This document shows positions 25,863 to 38,680 of a DNA stretch of 64,000 nucleotides, piece by piece; position 1 is the stretch's first letter; every line of letters begins with the position of its first letter. Both the position numbers and the translations under genes were made by a program. This stretch comes from Lama glama (taxonomy: Eukaryota), in NCBI GenBank assembly GCA_028534125.1, contig CM052828.1, positions 59,706,001-59,770,000 of the forward strand, in the 5' to 3' direction. Under the pieces are notes generated by a model, which was not told where the DNA came from, searched no databases, and worked only from the letters and a program-made list of their open reading frames with translations.

Positions 25863-26243
25863 GTATGGAGGGTCCCACGCCTGTGGCTTCCAGTCATGAG
25901 ACGCTGTTCATGCTTCAACATCCCTGTTCTTCCTGGGCAGCGTGTGAATTCCCCAGGGGTTGGGGGCGGCCACAGGAGACGCTGTGTCTGTCGCACCATT
26001 GGTTCTCAGCACATCCAAGCGACACCCAGCCGCGGGGTTTTCTGGACCCATTGCAGCCTCCTCCCACCAGTTGGAACATGGGGCCTCTCCTCTGTGCTAG
26101 ACTCACAGAGGCTGAGCACGGAAGTTCAGCAATGGGCCTCTGATTCCCTGCCCATCCCAGCCTCCCCACCCCACACTCAGGACACGCCAGTCACTTCCCG
26201 TTGTCACACAGTCGCCTCACTCTGTCCCTGTGTCTTGTGCCAG

Positions 26244-26303
26244 ATTGTGATACAGGTGTGAAAAGGCCCATTGGAGCAGATGGACAGGAGACCATCCAGC
26301 CAG
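26244..26303 (+). CDS. COL4A2: COL4A2 exon 26 (60 bp) (D)CDTGVKRPIGADGQETIQP, non-collagenous Cys loop
   Basis: tgtgccag|AT...CCAG|gtactg; resembles the alpha2(IV) loop interruption. Confidence 0.93.
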
Positions 26304-27825
26304 GTACTGCGATCCCCGCCAGGTGGCCTTAGAGCTCTCGGGGTGTGGAGTGTGGGCTCATGAGGAACAGGTGTGAGCCCCGGCCGTGGGCATGGAGCTG
26401 CCACCAGAAGCACAAACGCGTGCGGCCCTGGAGCTGCGCTCCATCTGCCTCAGCTCAGAATTAATGGCAGGGCAGACGTGAGAACCATTGGGTCACTAAG
26501 GTGTCCCCACGGTACAAAGCGTCAGTTCGTAATGTCGGTGAGAATTCCGCAGGTAAGTACATTCATACCTAAAGCACGTCTCTGTGTGTGTGAAGGGCAG
26601 CTGTGAATTGCTTGCTTGTTGGCAGGGTGAGGACTGAGTCCAGGTGTCTGTGAGAAGTCTGGTCCAGTGAGAGATGAACGCTGGGAGGGGCAGGGCTGAG
26701 GATGAGGACAGGGTGCAGGTGACCTGGACTTAGTGAGGGACTAAGAGGAGAGGGACCATCCAGAAGTTGGCCCGGCTGCCATCGGACAGACAATGTCTCC
26801 AGCCAGGGTGGACTTGGACATGGAGGTGGGGGGCCCAGGAGAGCTCTGAGTCCAGGACAGGAGGGGACGCAGGATCCACGATCAGGATTTTGGGGAGTGG
26901 AGCAGAGAGGATGAGTTTGGCGGAGGCGAAGGGGCCAGCAGCACATCTGTACGGCAGCTCCCAAGTGACAGTTGAGAGTTTGGGCAAAACTCTCCAGATA
27001 AAGGCCAGGATCGGAAGCAGCACCAGAATCCAGGGTCCCCTGCGTGCGTGCGGGAACGGGCCAGGCGCTCAGGGCGGGGGACGCAGAGCAGGGATGGCAA
27101 CCCGGGGCTTGCAGAGAGCTGGTGTGAGGCTCTGTGGGCCCGAGGCAGAGCCCCTGGGCCACAGCCAGGCTCCTTCCTTTTACGACCTGTGCTGAGCTCT
27201 GCACCCAGACCCCTCGGATGACAGAGGTGGCCAAAGCCCCTCTTTGGCCATTGTCTAGCCAAGATAGGAGCCCTCCCAAGTCACAGGCAGACAGACCAGG
27301 GACGTCCCCAGGAACTGCTGGGCCTGCTTTTCCCCGCCCCCCCCCCCCGCACAGTGTCACCAGCCACAAGTGGCTGTCACGGGGTTTCCTTCTGCACCGC
27401 TCACAGCAGGGAGTTACTATGGCTAATTCCGAAAGTAGCCAGAGTCACAAAGGAGAAGTCAAAGAATTCCTTTTGAAATCAGAAGCCTCCTCTGTCCCAG
27501 GGGTGCATTTCCAGCCAAGGAAAGGGATTCACTTGGACTGACGGGGATGGATGGCGGCTGCGTGTGGGTGTTGCCCTCAGTGAGGGGGGACCTCGGCCAG
27601 CACGGCGCCCAGTCTCATTTGCGTTTCATATGAATTTCTGACTTGGTCACACAATGAAGTTAAACTTCTAATCCCATCGGCATCAAGGTTCATCAAGTCG
27701 TTAGATCACCCTGATCATAAGATGGCAGCTGCTTTCTGTGGCTGGTGCTCTGGACCTTGGCAACACCTGAAGCCGCGGGGCTCGGTGTTGAAGGCGGCTA
27801 CAGCTCTCCCTTTCTCTCCTCCCAG

Positions 27826-27882
27826 GTTGCATCGGAGGGCCCAAGGGATCGCCAGGCCTGCCGGGCCCCCCAGGCGCCCCAG
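27826..27882 (+). CDS. COL4A2: COL4A2 exon 27 (57 bp) [18 protein letters not shown]
   Basis: ctcccag|GT...CCAG|gtaagg. Confidence 0.95.
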
Positions 27883-28308
27883 GTAAGGAAGGGCACCTCC
27901 AGCCTCTCTCTGCGCATCTGCACCACCCCCTCCCCTCTGCTCGCCTTCCTCTGCCCCCATGTGGCCCCGCTCGGACGTCGCTGTGTTCTCAGTACCCCAC
28001 TGCACATTGGCAGCTTCCTTAGGAAGCCGACTTCCTCTCATCTCTAGGAAAGTCAGTGGCGACTGAACCCCAGGCTAAGAGAGAGGGTCCCTGCCACACA
28101 GAACTCAAGCCTCAGCTCCAGCCCGACCTGGTGGCCAGAGACAGAGGCGCCCCTTTAAGGCTGGGACAGAACAGCTAGCTCTGTGCTTTTATCCCTTTGT
28201 GTCCCAGGGTTATGGGAAGAGGATCGACGCTGGGGGATTATTTCTTTGGGGTTTTGAGTGAGACGACAACAGATCATCAGGGCTGGGGTTTGTCCACACA
28301 ATCGTGGG

Positions 28309-28580
28309 GGAGACGGACACTTGATTTCCCAGGTAGACGGACTCTTAGTTGCTGGTGTAGACGGACACTTAGTTTCCTGGGTAGATGACTCTTAGCTGCT
28401 GGCGTAGACGGACACTTGTATCCCGGGTAGATGACACTTAGTTGCTGGTGTAGACGGACACTTAGTTTCCCGTGTAGACGACACTTAGTTGCTGGTGTAG
28501 ACGGACACTTGTATCCCGGGTAGACGACACTTAGTTGCTGGTGTAGACAGACACTTAGTTTCCGGTGCAGACTGACCCTT
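28309..28580 (+). repeat. 23/24-bp minisatellite (GTAGACGGACACTTAGTT..., about 11.5 units) with a 93-bp higher-order period
   Basis: Units read directly from the sequence; see finding. Confidence 0.95.
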
Positions 28581-28764
28581 GGCCGAGCTGGTCGTCCCTT
28601 GGCTGTCACAGGTCCTGTTTCAGAGTTGACGTCCCCCAGCCTCCTCACTTCCTGGTTTCATAGACGCCGTGTTAAGTCAGGCGCGGACTTGACCCTCTGC
28701 TGCTCGCGTCCTGCTGGGCTTGCCTCGTGGGGCTCTGACCGTGTCTTGGTTTTGGGCTGTTTAG

Positions 28765-28872
28765 GTGTCAAAGGCCTCAGAGGGATTCCAGGATTGTCCG
28801 GAGCTGACGGATCACCAGGGCTCAAGGGTCTCCCGGGAGACCCGGGCCGGGAGGGATTCCCAGGACCCCCAG
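28765..28872 (+). CDS. COL4A2: COL4A2 exon 28 (108 bp) VKGLRGIPG...GFPGPP
   Basis: ctgtttag|GT...CCAG|gtgagt. Confidence 0.95.
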
Positions 28873-31620
28873 GTGAGTCGGGGTGGGACACCCCTGGCCC
28901 CCTAGATTCGGGAGGTGACTGTGTGATCGGGGTGCCCAGCACTAGTGCCGTTTAACGCTTAGAAACTGTTTCGACAAACGCTCGGTGACGGCTTCTGTTC
29001 TCGCCCTTGGGAAATTAAAGAACGACCTCTTCATCACTGACGTCGTGCCAGCAGAAGAAACTTACAGATCTTGCAGGACAAGGGGACGGGGCGCAGAGGG
29101 GTTTTGCCCTGGTCGGTATGGAACATTCTAAGGGCGCACGATGTCGCCCTCTCCTGGTCTTGTCGTTATGGCTCATCGTCCAGTCCTGGCCTGCTGCTCG
29201 CACACCTAGCGCCACACAGAGCACCTGTGCTTTTGCGGGTCACAGCGCCGCCTGCCCGCGCCACAGTCTGCAGCTCGTCTGAGTGAACAGTTTGAACCAT
29301 TCCATCTACATTTGACGCAGCAAAGAATCATGAAAGCCATTTAGGGACTAAAAGAGCTGAATCCTTTAAGCTCCATGTGGAGGAAAATGAACGTGTTTCC
29401 AGGAGTGAACTGTGGTGAGAGGTCGGAAGTACCTGCCTGGGGGCCTGCGTGTTCTAGAACACGGCTCAGTGGCCTCAGACCTGGGTGCCCCTCGGTGGCG
29501 CCGGCCGGGACGCTGCGCGGGGGCGTGGCCGTGCTGCCTGTGCGCAGAGGCCCGGGCGCTGGGGAACCGCGTTACCTAGACAAAGCCGTGGAAGTCACCA
29601 AGGCCACCCAAGCTGGACGTCTCCCGCCAGGTCCCGGCCACGTGCTCTCCCAGCCTCTGCTGGAGTCACTCCTGCCGCCGGCACCTGTGGAACACCGACT
29701 CTCTCTCACTGCTGGGAAGTCCTTGCTCGGCTGGGGTGAAGTCTGCCTCCTCCGAGGCTGTTCGCTGGTTGTTCCTTGAGCCAGCAGTTCTCTTCATAAC
29801 CGGGCCTCACGGACACCCGGAACCCGGCCACGTTCCCCACGGACATCTCGTGAACGGGCAGAGCCGACCCCAGGAATGCGAACTTTCTCTTTCTGGCATA
29901 ACCTCCGTGCCCCCAGCATTCTGACTGCCCCTCCATGATTGCCCTCCGGCTTGTCAGCATTCCTTTCAAACTCAGCTCCAGAAACTAAATGGAACACTCC
30001 AGACGTCCGGACTGCCACACAGAACAGCAGGCTCCGTAGATTTAGCCCCGAGCAAATGTTTTCAGCAAAGATGAATCGTGTTTTACCGGCAGTTGGTTGA
30101 CTCCTCAGCGTTGGACTTTGCGTGGGCCCCGGGTCCGGTGCTGCAGCCCACAGAGGCTGCTGCAGACCTCGAAGCTGGTGCCTTTCGTGCTGGTGCCTCT
30201 TCGTGGTTTGCAAAGTCAGGAGGCATGGTCCCTGGGTCCTTTATCAAGCCTTTGGAGAGAAGCGAAGGAGAGTGTTTCTGCCCACATACCAGAGGCTCAG
30301 ATGGTACCAGTCTGCTGCCACGCTCGGGGGTTTAGAAGTTACAGCTCTGTCACTTTGGTGATATCACAGATCCTGAAGTTAAGTGTGAATTGTTTTGAGA
30401 AGATGCTAATTTGTTAAAACCTCCTGGCTTTGAATAAGAAGGGTGAGTCGTAATCTTAGAATTTGATGCCCAGCCAAGCAGACTTGAACTGCCTGGAGTG
30501 AGAAAGGAGGCTGTGTGCTGTCATCAGAGGATCTGGGCAGGCCACCGGGTGTAGACGAGAGCCTGTTGTGCAGTGAAGTGTAGCCCCCGAGTGAAGCGGG
30601 AGGTTGGGGAGACCAGAGGGAAGCGCAAACGAGGAACTGAGCTTCCAGGCTCGAAACACACATCTCTTTTTATGGGGATGGAATGTGCCGGATGCTCCCA
30701 CCACCACGTGCGGAAGAAAATGAAAGGCCCACCTTCAAAGATGGCAAAACCCAGAGGAAGTCCATTCCAGAGAGAAGGTCCACATGCAGAGTGAAGCCCA
30801 CTGTTCCCGTGAGCAGATTCATCGTTTCCACAAAAGCTCCCTCCTCCTGTGCGGAAGTCACGTGATCCAGCTGATCAGTACTCGGGTTAGCCTTGTTCCA
30901 CGTTCCCGACACGGCTGCCACGGTCAGCCCGCCGTCCCGGGAGGTGGCAGCTTTCCGTCAGGCTCACCCCACGGGTCGGGGGGAGGGCTCTGTGCTTCCC
31001 ACACCCCCACCTGCAGCCGTGGCAGCAGTGACCTCGGAGGCTTTCCGTCTGGACCGACGTGTGACTGTCACTCTTGCAGTTCAGTCTGAGGTCACATCGC
31101 GGGGAGGGCCTGAGCGGGGACGTGGTGTGGTGAGGCCATAGCCCACGCATCCAGGAAAGTCACAACTCTCCCAGCACGTGGCCACGCGGGCCTCCGCCTG
31201 GACGTGGCAGGTGGCAGGAGGCAATGGGGGTGTCGAGTCCCCTTCAGAGCATCTCTGAACTGACCGATGACCAGGGGTTTAGTAGCAGGGGGAGTTATGG
31301 GGGCAGAGTTTGGGCTCTGAGGGTCTGGCTGTCCTGGCCTGCTGGGCTCTGCCTGCACACACGGCCTGGAAACTCTTCTCTGGGATTATTTGCACAACAC
31401 AGGGTCCTGGGAATGACGAAGATTTAAGCTCAGAGGCTGTGTCCTCCTTAGCCAGATCGTAGGGCTGGGGCCAGACGGCGGAGGGCGGCCAGCGACGGGC
31501 CAGGGCTCAAGCTGGCTGCCCAGGGCCAGCCCCGGCTGCCTCCTGCCTCTTGCTCGGACCTCTCTTAGAACGCCGTGACGCCGCCCTCCGGTGACGGGGA
31601 TGACTTGTGTTTCCCTGCAG

Positions 31621-31842
31621 GGTTCGTGGGGCCCCGAGGATCCAAAGGCGCAGTAGGCCCCCCTGGTCTGGATGGGGCCGCAGGTCCCTCGGGCCTGCCA
31701 GGGCCAGTTGGGCCCCCGGGGGACAGGGGCCTTCCTGGAGAAGTCCTGGGGGCCCAGCCCGGGCCCCGGGGAGACGCTGGACTGCCTGGACACCCTGGAC
31801 TGAGAGGTCCTCCGGGAGAGAGAGGCCCGCCTGGATTCCGGG
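31621..31842 (+). CDS. COL4A2: COL4A2 exon 29 (222 bp) FVGPRGSKG...PRGDAG...GPPGFR
   Basis: ttccctgcag|GG...CGGG|gtaagt. Confidence 0.96.
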
Positions 31843-33300
31843 GTAAGTCGCCATGGCAGGAGCGGGGGGGCCCAACGCGCTGCACCGCGGCTCCTGAGGG
31901 AGGGCCAGAAAGCCCTCCTGAGATCAGGAGAGAACCGCGCGGCACGAGTCCTGCCTCTCCTCCCAGTGCCAGCGTTCCCTCACGGCCAGTTAGGACGGTG
32001 ACCCCCTGGCCGTGTTTACCCTCCATGGCCAGGGCAGGACGGCCCCTGTAGCTCCTCTCTGAGTGCAAATTAATAACTGACCCGCCTTCTCCCCGAGTTG
32101 GCGTGAGTCCGCGTGGGGCTCACTGATGCTTCCCCCGTGTGCGCGGCTGGTGTGGAGGAGAGAGGACCTGGCCGTGCTCAGTGAGGGCCTGAGGGGAAGA
32201 CAGAGACGGTCTGAGGCGCAGCTTAATCCGTGGGGGTGAAGCTGGTGGGTTTAAAAGACGCAGTGTTCACAACGTCACCGACGGACGCTCAGCCGAGCGG
32301 GAAGGTGCCCGTTGTTCGGTGAGTGAGTGAGTGAGGCATCCAAGGCTTTGTGTATTCGACACGGGCACTTGGAACCCAGAACACCTGGCTTTAACGAGCT
32401 CGCATCACTCAAGCGCAGGCTGGGAGACGGCCGGGCCACCTGGCGTCCCCGTCAGAGACGCACCAGCTGTTACGTGTGGACTGCTGTCGTCAGTCCCAGC
32501 CGCCCGGCCCGGGCAGCGGGCTCCTGTGGTGCAGGAAGTGGGCGTCCCTCCCCCGGCTGCCATCAGTCCAGCAGGCGCCCTTCCTGCGAGACCCGAGGGG
32601 GACGCAGCCTGGGTCTCAACGGGCAGGGGGACGCCCCACGCTCCGGAGCGGGGGTCTGCGTGTCCCGCCGGTCTCGCCCCCGTGCGATTGTGACGTCCCT
32701 GCCCGAGCTCTCTCACAGAAGGGTGCTCAGGGTGGATTCTTTCCTGCGACTTCGAGTCGTGGGAGCACAGAGCGCAGGCAGCGCAGGGCCCCTCCCCACC
32801 CGGGGAGGCTCCCCACCTTCAGAGGTTCAGGCAGAATAGTGGGTTTGGTGAAAACTCCGACTTCCGAAGCACCCGTTTTAAGGAGTTGGTTCCGTGTCTG
32901 CACGGCCACGCCTGGCAAGAAGGCGGAAAGACGGGTGTTACTCACTAGCCACTTAACATGCTCGCGAAGAGCGTTTTACAGTGCGGCCAAATGCTCAAAA
33001 TACAGCATCCAGTGAAAAAATCTTAATTAAAATTGCGCTCCAGGTGAGCCGTCAGTTTGGCAGATACCTATTTCTATGTGTATTTATGTGAACAGGAGAA
33101 CTGCCGGCAGGAACTATGCTCCGACGTTAGCAACTCTCCGGGTGAGAGTACGAGGCACTTCGATCTCGTCCCCTGCACGTCCTGCCTTTTCCAGGCTTCC
33201 TACAGCCCCGAGCGCCTGCTGTCACAGGCCAGGTGTGAGGAGGCAGGCGCTGCAGTGCACTGCGGGGTGGGCCTCACGGCTCTCGTCTCGATTCCTGCAG

Positions 33301-33462
33301 GGAGCCAGGGGATGCCGGGGACGCCGGGCCTGAAGGGTCAGCCGGGCTTCCCAGGACCGTCGGGCCAGCCGGGCCTGCCCGGGCCACCAGGACAGCACGG
33401 CTTCCCAGGAGCTCCTGGCCGGGAAGGGCCCTTGGGGCCGCCGGGTGCCCCTGGCTTCGGAG
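33301..33462 (+). CDS. COL4A2: COL4A2 exon 30 (162 bp) SQGMPGTPG...GAPGFG
   Basis: ttcctgcag|GG...GGAG|gtaagg. Confidence 0.96.
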
Positions 33463-33519
33463 GTAAGGACCCACCCCACTGGGGGGCTCTCCGCTGTGCT
33501 CCAAGGGCCACAGGGCTTC

Positions 33520-33835
33520 TGGACACACCACACACGGTGTGGCTTAAACGGCAGAAATTCATTCTCTCGACACATCAAGGTGTGGGCAGGGCTGGTTCTC
33601 CTGAGGCCTCTCTCCTCGTCATGACACGGCCGTCTCCTCCGTGTCCTCGCGTGGCCGTCCCTCTGTGTGTGTCTGTGTTCTGATCTCCTCTTCTTATAAA
33701 GACCCCTGTCCCGCTGGGTCAGGACCCACTCTCGTGACCTTTTTTAATGAGCTTCAGGCCCTCTTTCAAGGCCCAGCTCCAGGTGCAGTCACACCGCGAG
33801 GCCCTGAGCTGGGGGTGTCAGCATGTGCACTCGGC
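33520..33835 (-). mobile_element. MaLR (MLT1-type) solo LTR remnant
   Basis: ggcttaaacggcagaaattcattctctc...tcaaggtgtgggcagggctggtt...tcctcttcttataaagac. Confidence 0.75.
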
Positions 33836-35252
33836 AGCTCACGTCCTGACAGGCTCCAGAGACAAGACATGTATCTCAGCAAACGAGGCGAGTTCAGGCT
33901 TTGGTGGTGCCCGCCGGTGCTTCGCTCCTGCTGTATGTGCTGGGCGTCTAGCTAAGATTTCATTAGGAAAAAGGAGAGATTCCCGCTGTAAAAGCTCAGA
34001 AGCCTGCTCTGCTTTGAAGAGGCATTGTTCCCTGAAACTGGAAGATGTGGGGAAGAAAAGAGGACGCCTCCTTCAGGAAACCCATGGGGCGAGGTGGGGT
34101 GGGGCTGGGGGGGACAGGAAGCACAGGGACGACGCTGTGGTGCTGGCTCGCTGGAGCCCTTGCAGGGAGGACGTCAGGGGTCCAGCTGTCCATCAGGCAT
34201 CGTCCAGGGGACCCTGGGCTCTCCTTTGCCGTGAGCAGGTGACAGCTTTGTCCGGGACCATAGCCAGTTCACACTAGGGAGCACCGTGCCGCACGTAGAT
34301 CAGACGTAAGCCAGACGCTCACCCAGGAGTGGCCTCAGCTGTGGTGGCACCAGATCCCCAGGCAACGTGCTACCCACGGGTTTACAGTAACGGGAACCCC
34401 GGGCAGGAGGTTGGGGCTTCTGGGTCAGTGCTCAAGGCCTTGCCTGTTCCTGGGCACGGAGCATTAGCTGAACGCGGTGTTGTGTGGTGCATATAGACCC
34501 GGGCCAAAGCCCTGCCCTGATGGCGCCCACAGTTCAGGTGGGGACAGAATGACCCATGTAAAGGCCTGTGTTTGGCTGCGGCAAGCAGCAGAGTCCGGAC
34601 CACGGGGCCCCATGTCCCAGAGGGCAGGGGAGCCGGGCAGGCTAGGACAGCCTTGGGAGGAGCAGATGAGGGAAGCCAGGTGTGGGCGATGGGCAGGACT
34701 GGAATGAGGGCCTTCCTAGAGGAACAGCCCGAGGAAACTGGCTGGGGGGGAGGTGGGGCCAGTATTCAGAGGGCGAGGAAGCCACTGAGAGGTTTGAACT
34801 GGGGCGGGGAGAAGGCTGGAGCTTTGCGGGGGGGCTAGCTGTGGATGCCCTAACGGGTAACGGGCAGGTGCGCGACTCCTCCAGAACTTAGCTCCCGGAG
34901 CCAGCGGTGTCAGGAGGGCGGGCGTCCGTGCGGAGCCTCAGCCATCCCAGCGCCAAGCTGTGCGCCTGGGGTTCCAAGGCACGAGGGCCTGAGCGGAGAA
35001 AGGCTGTTGGACTCGTGTCCCACAGGCTGGCTGCCGGCTTTTGAGGACAGACCTCTTCAGAAAGGGCAGCCCTGTGGGTCTTCCGCGTGCGCTGCTCACA
35101 CCGTTAAAACTCACCTCTATAGTCACACTTTCCGTTGTCCCTCTAAGAGGTTTTTCTTAAAAGCTGTTGTGATCAGTGTCTGTAAAGTACCGTCAGAGGC
35201 GCTGTCTCTGGCTGGTTTGTTCATCCTCTTATTTTCCTTCCCTTATTGGCAG

Positions 35253-35423
35253 GTCTGCCTGGAGACAGAGGGGAACCAGGGGACACAGGCTTCCCTGGCC
35301 CTGTGGGCATGAAGGGTGAACCCGGTGACAGAGGTACCCCTGGTCTGCTGGGCCAGAGGGGTCATCCTGGAAACCCTGGATTTAAAGGAATGGCCGGAAT
35401 GCCTGGTGCCCCCGGACCAAAAG
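35253..35423 (+). CDS. COL4A2: COL4A2 exon 31 (171 bp) LPGDRGEPG...GAPGPK
   Basis: ttggcag|GT...AAAG|gtgact. Confidence 0.95.
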
Positions 35424-36069
35424 GTGACTACAGAGCAGGACCCCGGAATTTCCCTGTGGGTGCGGCGGGGTGGCCCAGGGGGAGGTGTCACGGGCCCTGG
35501 GACACGCTGACGCTGCCCAGGCTGGCTATGACCACTGTGCCCCAAAAGGTCAGTTTATTAGCTGACCATGAGAGACACACTGTCTGAGGAGCAGGACTCA
35601 CTGTCTGTGAGGGGGAATCCGTGGACAGGCTCCAGGAGACGGGAGTCAGCTCCAGAGGCTGGCAGGTTTACCTGCTCACAGACGAGGCCAGCCTGCCCAG
35701 CGCGGGGCCCTGCAGCCCTGGACTGGCTGGAGATGCCGTGCTCTGCTTTTCTGGGGCCCTTTGCCAGATTTCCACGTGGGGTGCAGGGTCAGCACCCCAT
35801 TAGCTCCCAGTGGCCCTCCCCAGCCTGGTGGAAAGACCACAGAACCCGGGGACATCTGGTTTCCTCGTGTCTGTCCACCCGCATGGGCCCTGCATTCTGT
35901 TTCCAACAGCCAGACGGCAGACGGGCTGACCAGCCCCTTAGGAATCGCTGTCCCGGAACCCGTCTTTAGGTTAAGCTTCTTGGTGTCTCCTCACACCAGC
36001 CACAAAGTGGGGCTGTCGCAGCTTGGTTTGTGCATGCCTGACCCCACGCTTTTCTCCTTCCCTCTGAAG

Positions 36070-36213
36070 GCGGTAGAGGTTCACCCGGGATGGACGGTTT
36101 CCAAGGCATGCTCGGGCTGAAGGGAAGACCCGGGCTCCCGGGGAGCAAAGGAGAGGCCGGATTTTTTGGAATTCCAGGGCTGAAGGGCCTGGCTGGCGAG
36201 CCGGGCGTGAAAG
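36070..36213 (+). CDS. COL4A2: COL4A2 exon 32 (144 bp) [12 protein letters not shown]...GEPGVK
   Basis: ctctgaag|GC...AAAG|gtacgt (AAG acceptor). Confidence 0.93.
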
Positions 36214-36499
36214 GTACGTCACGTCCCGGCAGGGTGGAGGCTGACTTCCCTGGGGGCCTGATGCTGCTCGGAACAGTATCCCAGGACCCTAGACACACAT
36301 ACGATTACAGAAGAAGCAAGCTAAACCAGAGAGCTGCATCCCAGCCTCCGCACACTGGCCATGCAGTGAGGCAGTGACCCTAACCAAAGGCTCCTGATCA
36401 GGAAGGGTGTTACCTTCAAGTCACATTTTCATGACGTCAGTTCAGACACCTTTGTTCTGAAAGTATCTCCATGGTCTCTAAAAACTTGAATCGCTCGTA

Positions 36500-37015
36500 A
36501 CACATGTCAGTGGGGGTGCAGAGACATGGAAACCCTCAGGCCTGCTGCTGGGAATGTAGAATAGTGTGGCTGGGCTGGAACAGGTTGGCAGTTCCTTAGA
36601 AAGGTAAACTCAGGGTTGCCCAGCAGCTCTGCTCCTACGTGTGCACCCGAGAGAACTGAAAACACACATGTCCGTGCAAAACCTCTTACGTGGGTTTCAT
36701 AGCAGCATGATTCGTAATAGTCAAAAATAGAAACACCTATGATGGACAAGTGAAATACAGCGTAGCCGTGTGAGGGAATATTACCCATCAGTGAAAAACA
36801 GGTAGGTTCAGATACATGCTATGACAGGGATGACACTTGAAAACAGTAGGCCATCTGTTGTCTGCCTCTGTCTGTACGAAGTGTCCAGAATAAGCCGATC
36901 TACAGAGGCAGGAAGTGGGCGAGTGGTTTCTGCTCCTGGAGGGGAACGGTGGGGGTAACTGCTGACAGGCACAGGGTTCTCTTGGGGTGATGGAAGTGTC
37001 CTGAGGTCAGTAGTG
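36500..37015 (+). mobile_element. L1M (L1MB-like) 3' fragment
   Basis: tgctgctgggaatgtagaatagtg...gttcctta...catagcagca...gggttctcttggggtgatggaagtgt. Confidence 0.75.
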
Positions 37016-37281
37016 GTTGGGGAGCAGGCCCCTCTGTCCAAGAAGCCCTGTGTCCCCACGCCCTCGCCTAGAGAAGGGCCAGGGAGAAGACGGATGTTTC
37101 CATCCCCTTGGGCTCTCGGAGCACCATCCCCAGCTCGCAGCATCAGGGGAGCCGTGCCGCCCGTGATCCAGCCCCTCAGGACTGGGGCTTGGAGGGCAGC
37201 AGTGGCCAAGAGGCCTCTCCACCTGGGTTTTTCTACCTGGTCCAGAGGTCAAGGGAATGACTGCATTCTGTTCCCTTCCAG

Positions 37282-37404
37282 GCAGCCGTGGGGACCCTGG
37301 CCCCCCAGGACCACCTCCCATCATCCAGCCGGGAATGAAAGACATTAAAGGAGAGAAAGGAGATGAAGGCCCCATGGGACTGAAAGGGTACCTGGGCTTG
37401 AAAG
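37282..37404 (+). CDS. COL4A2: COL4A2 exon 33 (123 bp) [23 protein letters not shown]...GYLGLK
   Basis: cttccag|GC...AAAG|gtgagg. Confidence 0.96.
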
Positions 37405-37641
37405 GTGAGGCCCTGCCTGACCTCAGAGCTGTCGGGCCTGGGGTCCCCCCACCTCCTCCCCCACTGCAGTCTGAGGGAGCAGCAGAGACGCCCCTGCACT
37501 CATGCCAGCCTCCCGGGCTGCAGCCCTCCCAACACCCTGATGTCTGCCCCCGCGCAGCCTTTCCTGTTTGAAGGCTGCAGCTCCGGGGCCTGGGGGGAAG
37601 AGCAGGGTTCCCCCAGAACTTCACACTCGGCCTTCCTGCAG

Positions 37642-37823
37642 GCATTCCGGGAATGCCGGGGATTCCCGGGCTGTCAGGAGCCCCTGGGTTGCCGGGGAAA
37701 CCAGGCTACATCAAAGGAGTCAAAGGAGACACCGGAGTCCCCGGCGTGCCCGGGTCACCAGGATTCCCCGGCGTGCCCGGCCCCCCCGGAATCTCAGGGT
37801 TTCCGGGGTTCACAGGCAGTAGG
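37642..37823 (+). CDS. COL4A2: COL4A2 exon 34 (182 bp) IPGMPGIPG...GFTGSR
   Basis: ttcctgcag|GC...AGG|gtaagt. Confidence 0.96.
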
Positions 37824-38219
37824 GTAAGTGGGCATCTTCGGTGAGTCCTCTCCCCACACCTGCTGGAGACTGAGGCCCTGATACTGAGTCACCGTGGGCA
37901 GGGCATCCGGCCTGGGTTTTCTCCTTTCTTCACTCAAGATGCAGCTTTGAGCACTTGCTACGTTGTCATGGTGACAGCGGGGCACCTGGCCCCCGGGTGG
38001 GGCCCTCTTCGCTCCGCGCCCCGTCCTGTCTGTGCGATGCGGGGAGATTTTGGGTGCAGTGGAGGTGGTGCAGATAACATGCACAGAGTGGCTCTCCATC
38101 CCTGCTGTTCTGTGCACGTGGTGCCCTCGGAACTCTTCGGGGGTCTCCCTTCCCTCACTCCTCCAGTCTCTAGCCCGTGGGACCTCATAGCCAGTCTGTG
38201 CAGCTATAGTCAGGTCACT

Positions 38220-38680
38220 GAAAAAAGAAAGATGCACATGTCTGCCGAAGGACACAAGCAAGCTTCGCGGAGGCTTTTTTGACAACAGCCAAAAACTGGG
38301 ACAGAGCCCACATGCCCACGCACAGGAGAAAGTAAACAAGCATGGTCGATCCAGGCCGGGGGCCAGTCCGCAGCAGCACAGAGGGGGTTACTGATAAACG
38401 CCGCAGCCCGAGTGAGCCTCACAGGCTTTGTGTTGAGCAAAATGAACCACAAACAGAAAGTGCACCTGACTGCACTTTGTGACACTGAAGAGCTGACGAG
38501 ACCATTGGACAGAGGCGACTCAGCAGAGTGGCTGCCTTAGGCAGGGTGGTTAACTTGGCAGGGGCACAAAGGAACTTTCTAGAGTGCTGGGACGTCCAGC
38601 ATCTTTCTCTGGGTGGCATGCGAGTGAAAATTAACTGCGCATTCAAGATGAGTGCACCACACTGTATGTAAGTTATGCCC
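38220..38680 (+). mobile_element. Old L1M 3' remnant
   Basis: acagccaaaaactggg...caaaggaactttctagagtgctgg...gcaccacactgtatgtaagttat; strongly diverged. Confidence 0.55.

Noticed and set aside
28309-28580. Repeat array superficially like CRISPR
   Set aside because: Units abut directly with no unique spacers, there are no cas genes, and the context is a mammalian intron.
28277-28648. Minus-strand ORF with 31-aa repeats
   Set aside because: Translation by-product of the 93-bp minisatellite period; no gene structure supports it.
31565-32068. Antisense Pro-Gly-rich ORFs opposite collagen exons (also 16307, 25696, 28658, 33338, 37007, 46815)
   Set aside because: Reverse complements of Gly-X-Y codons read as Pro/Gly repeats and lack stops; not separate genes.
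37405-37641. In-frame retention of intron 33 (237 bp, a multiple of 3)
   Set aside because: Contains an in-frame stop at 37569-37571.
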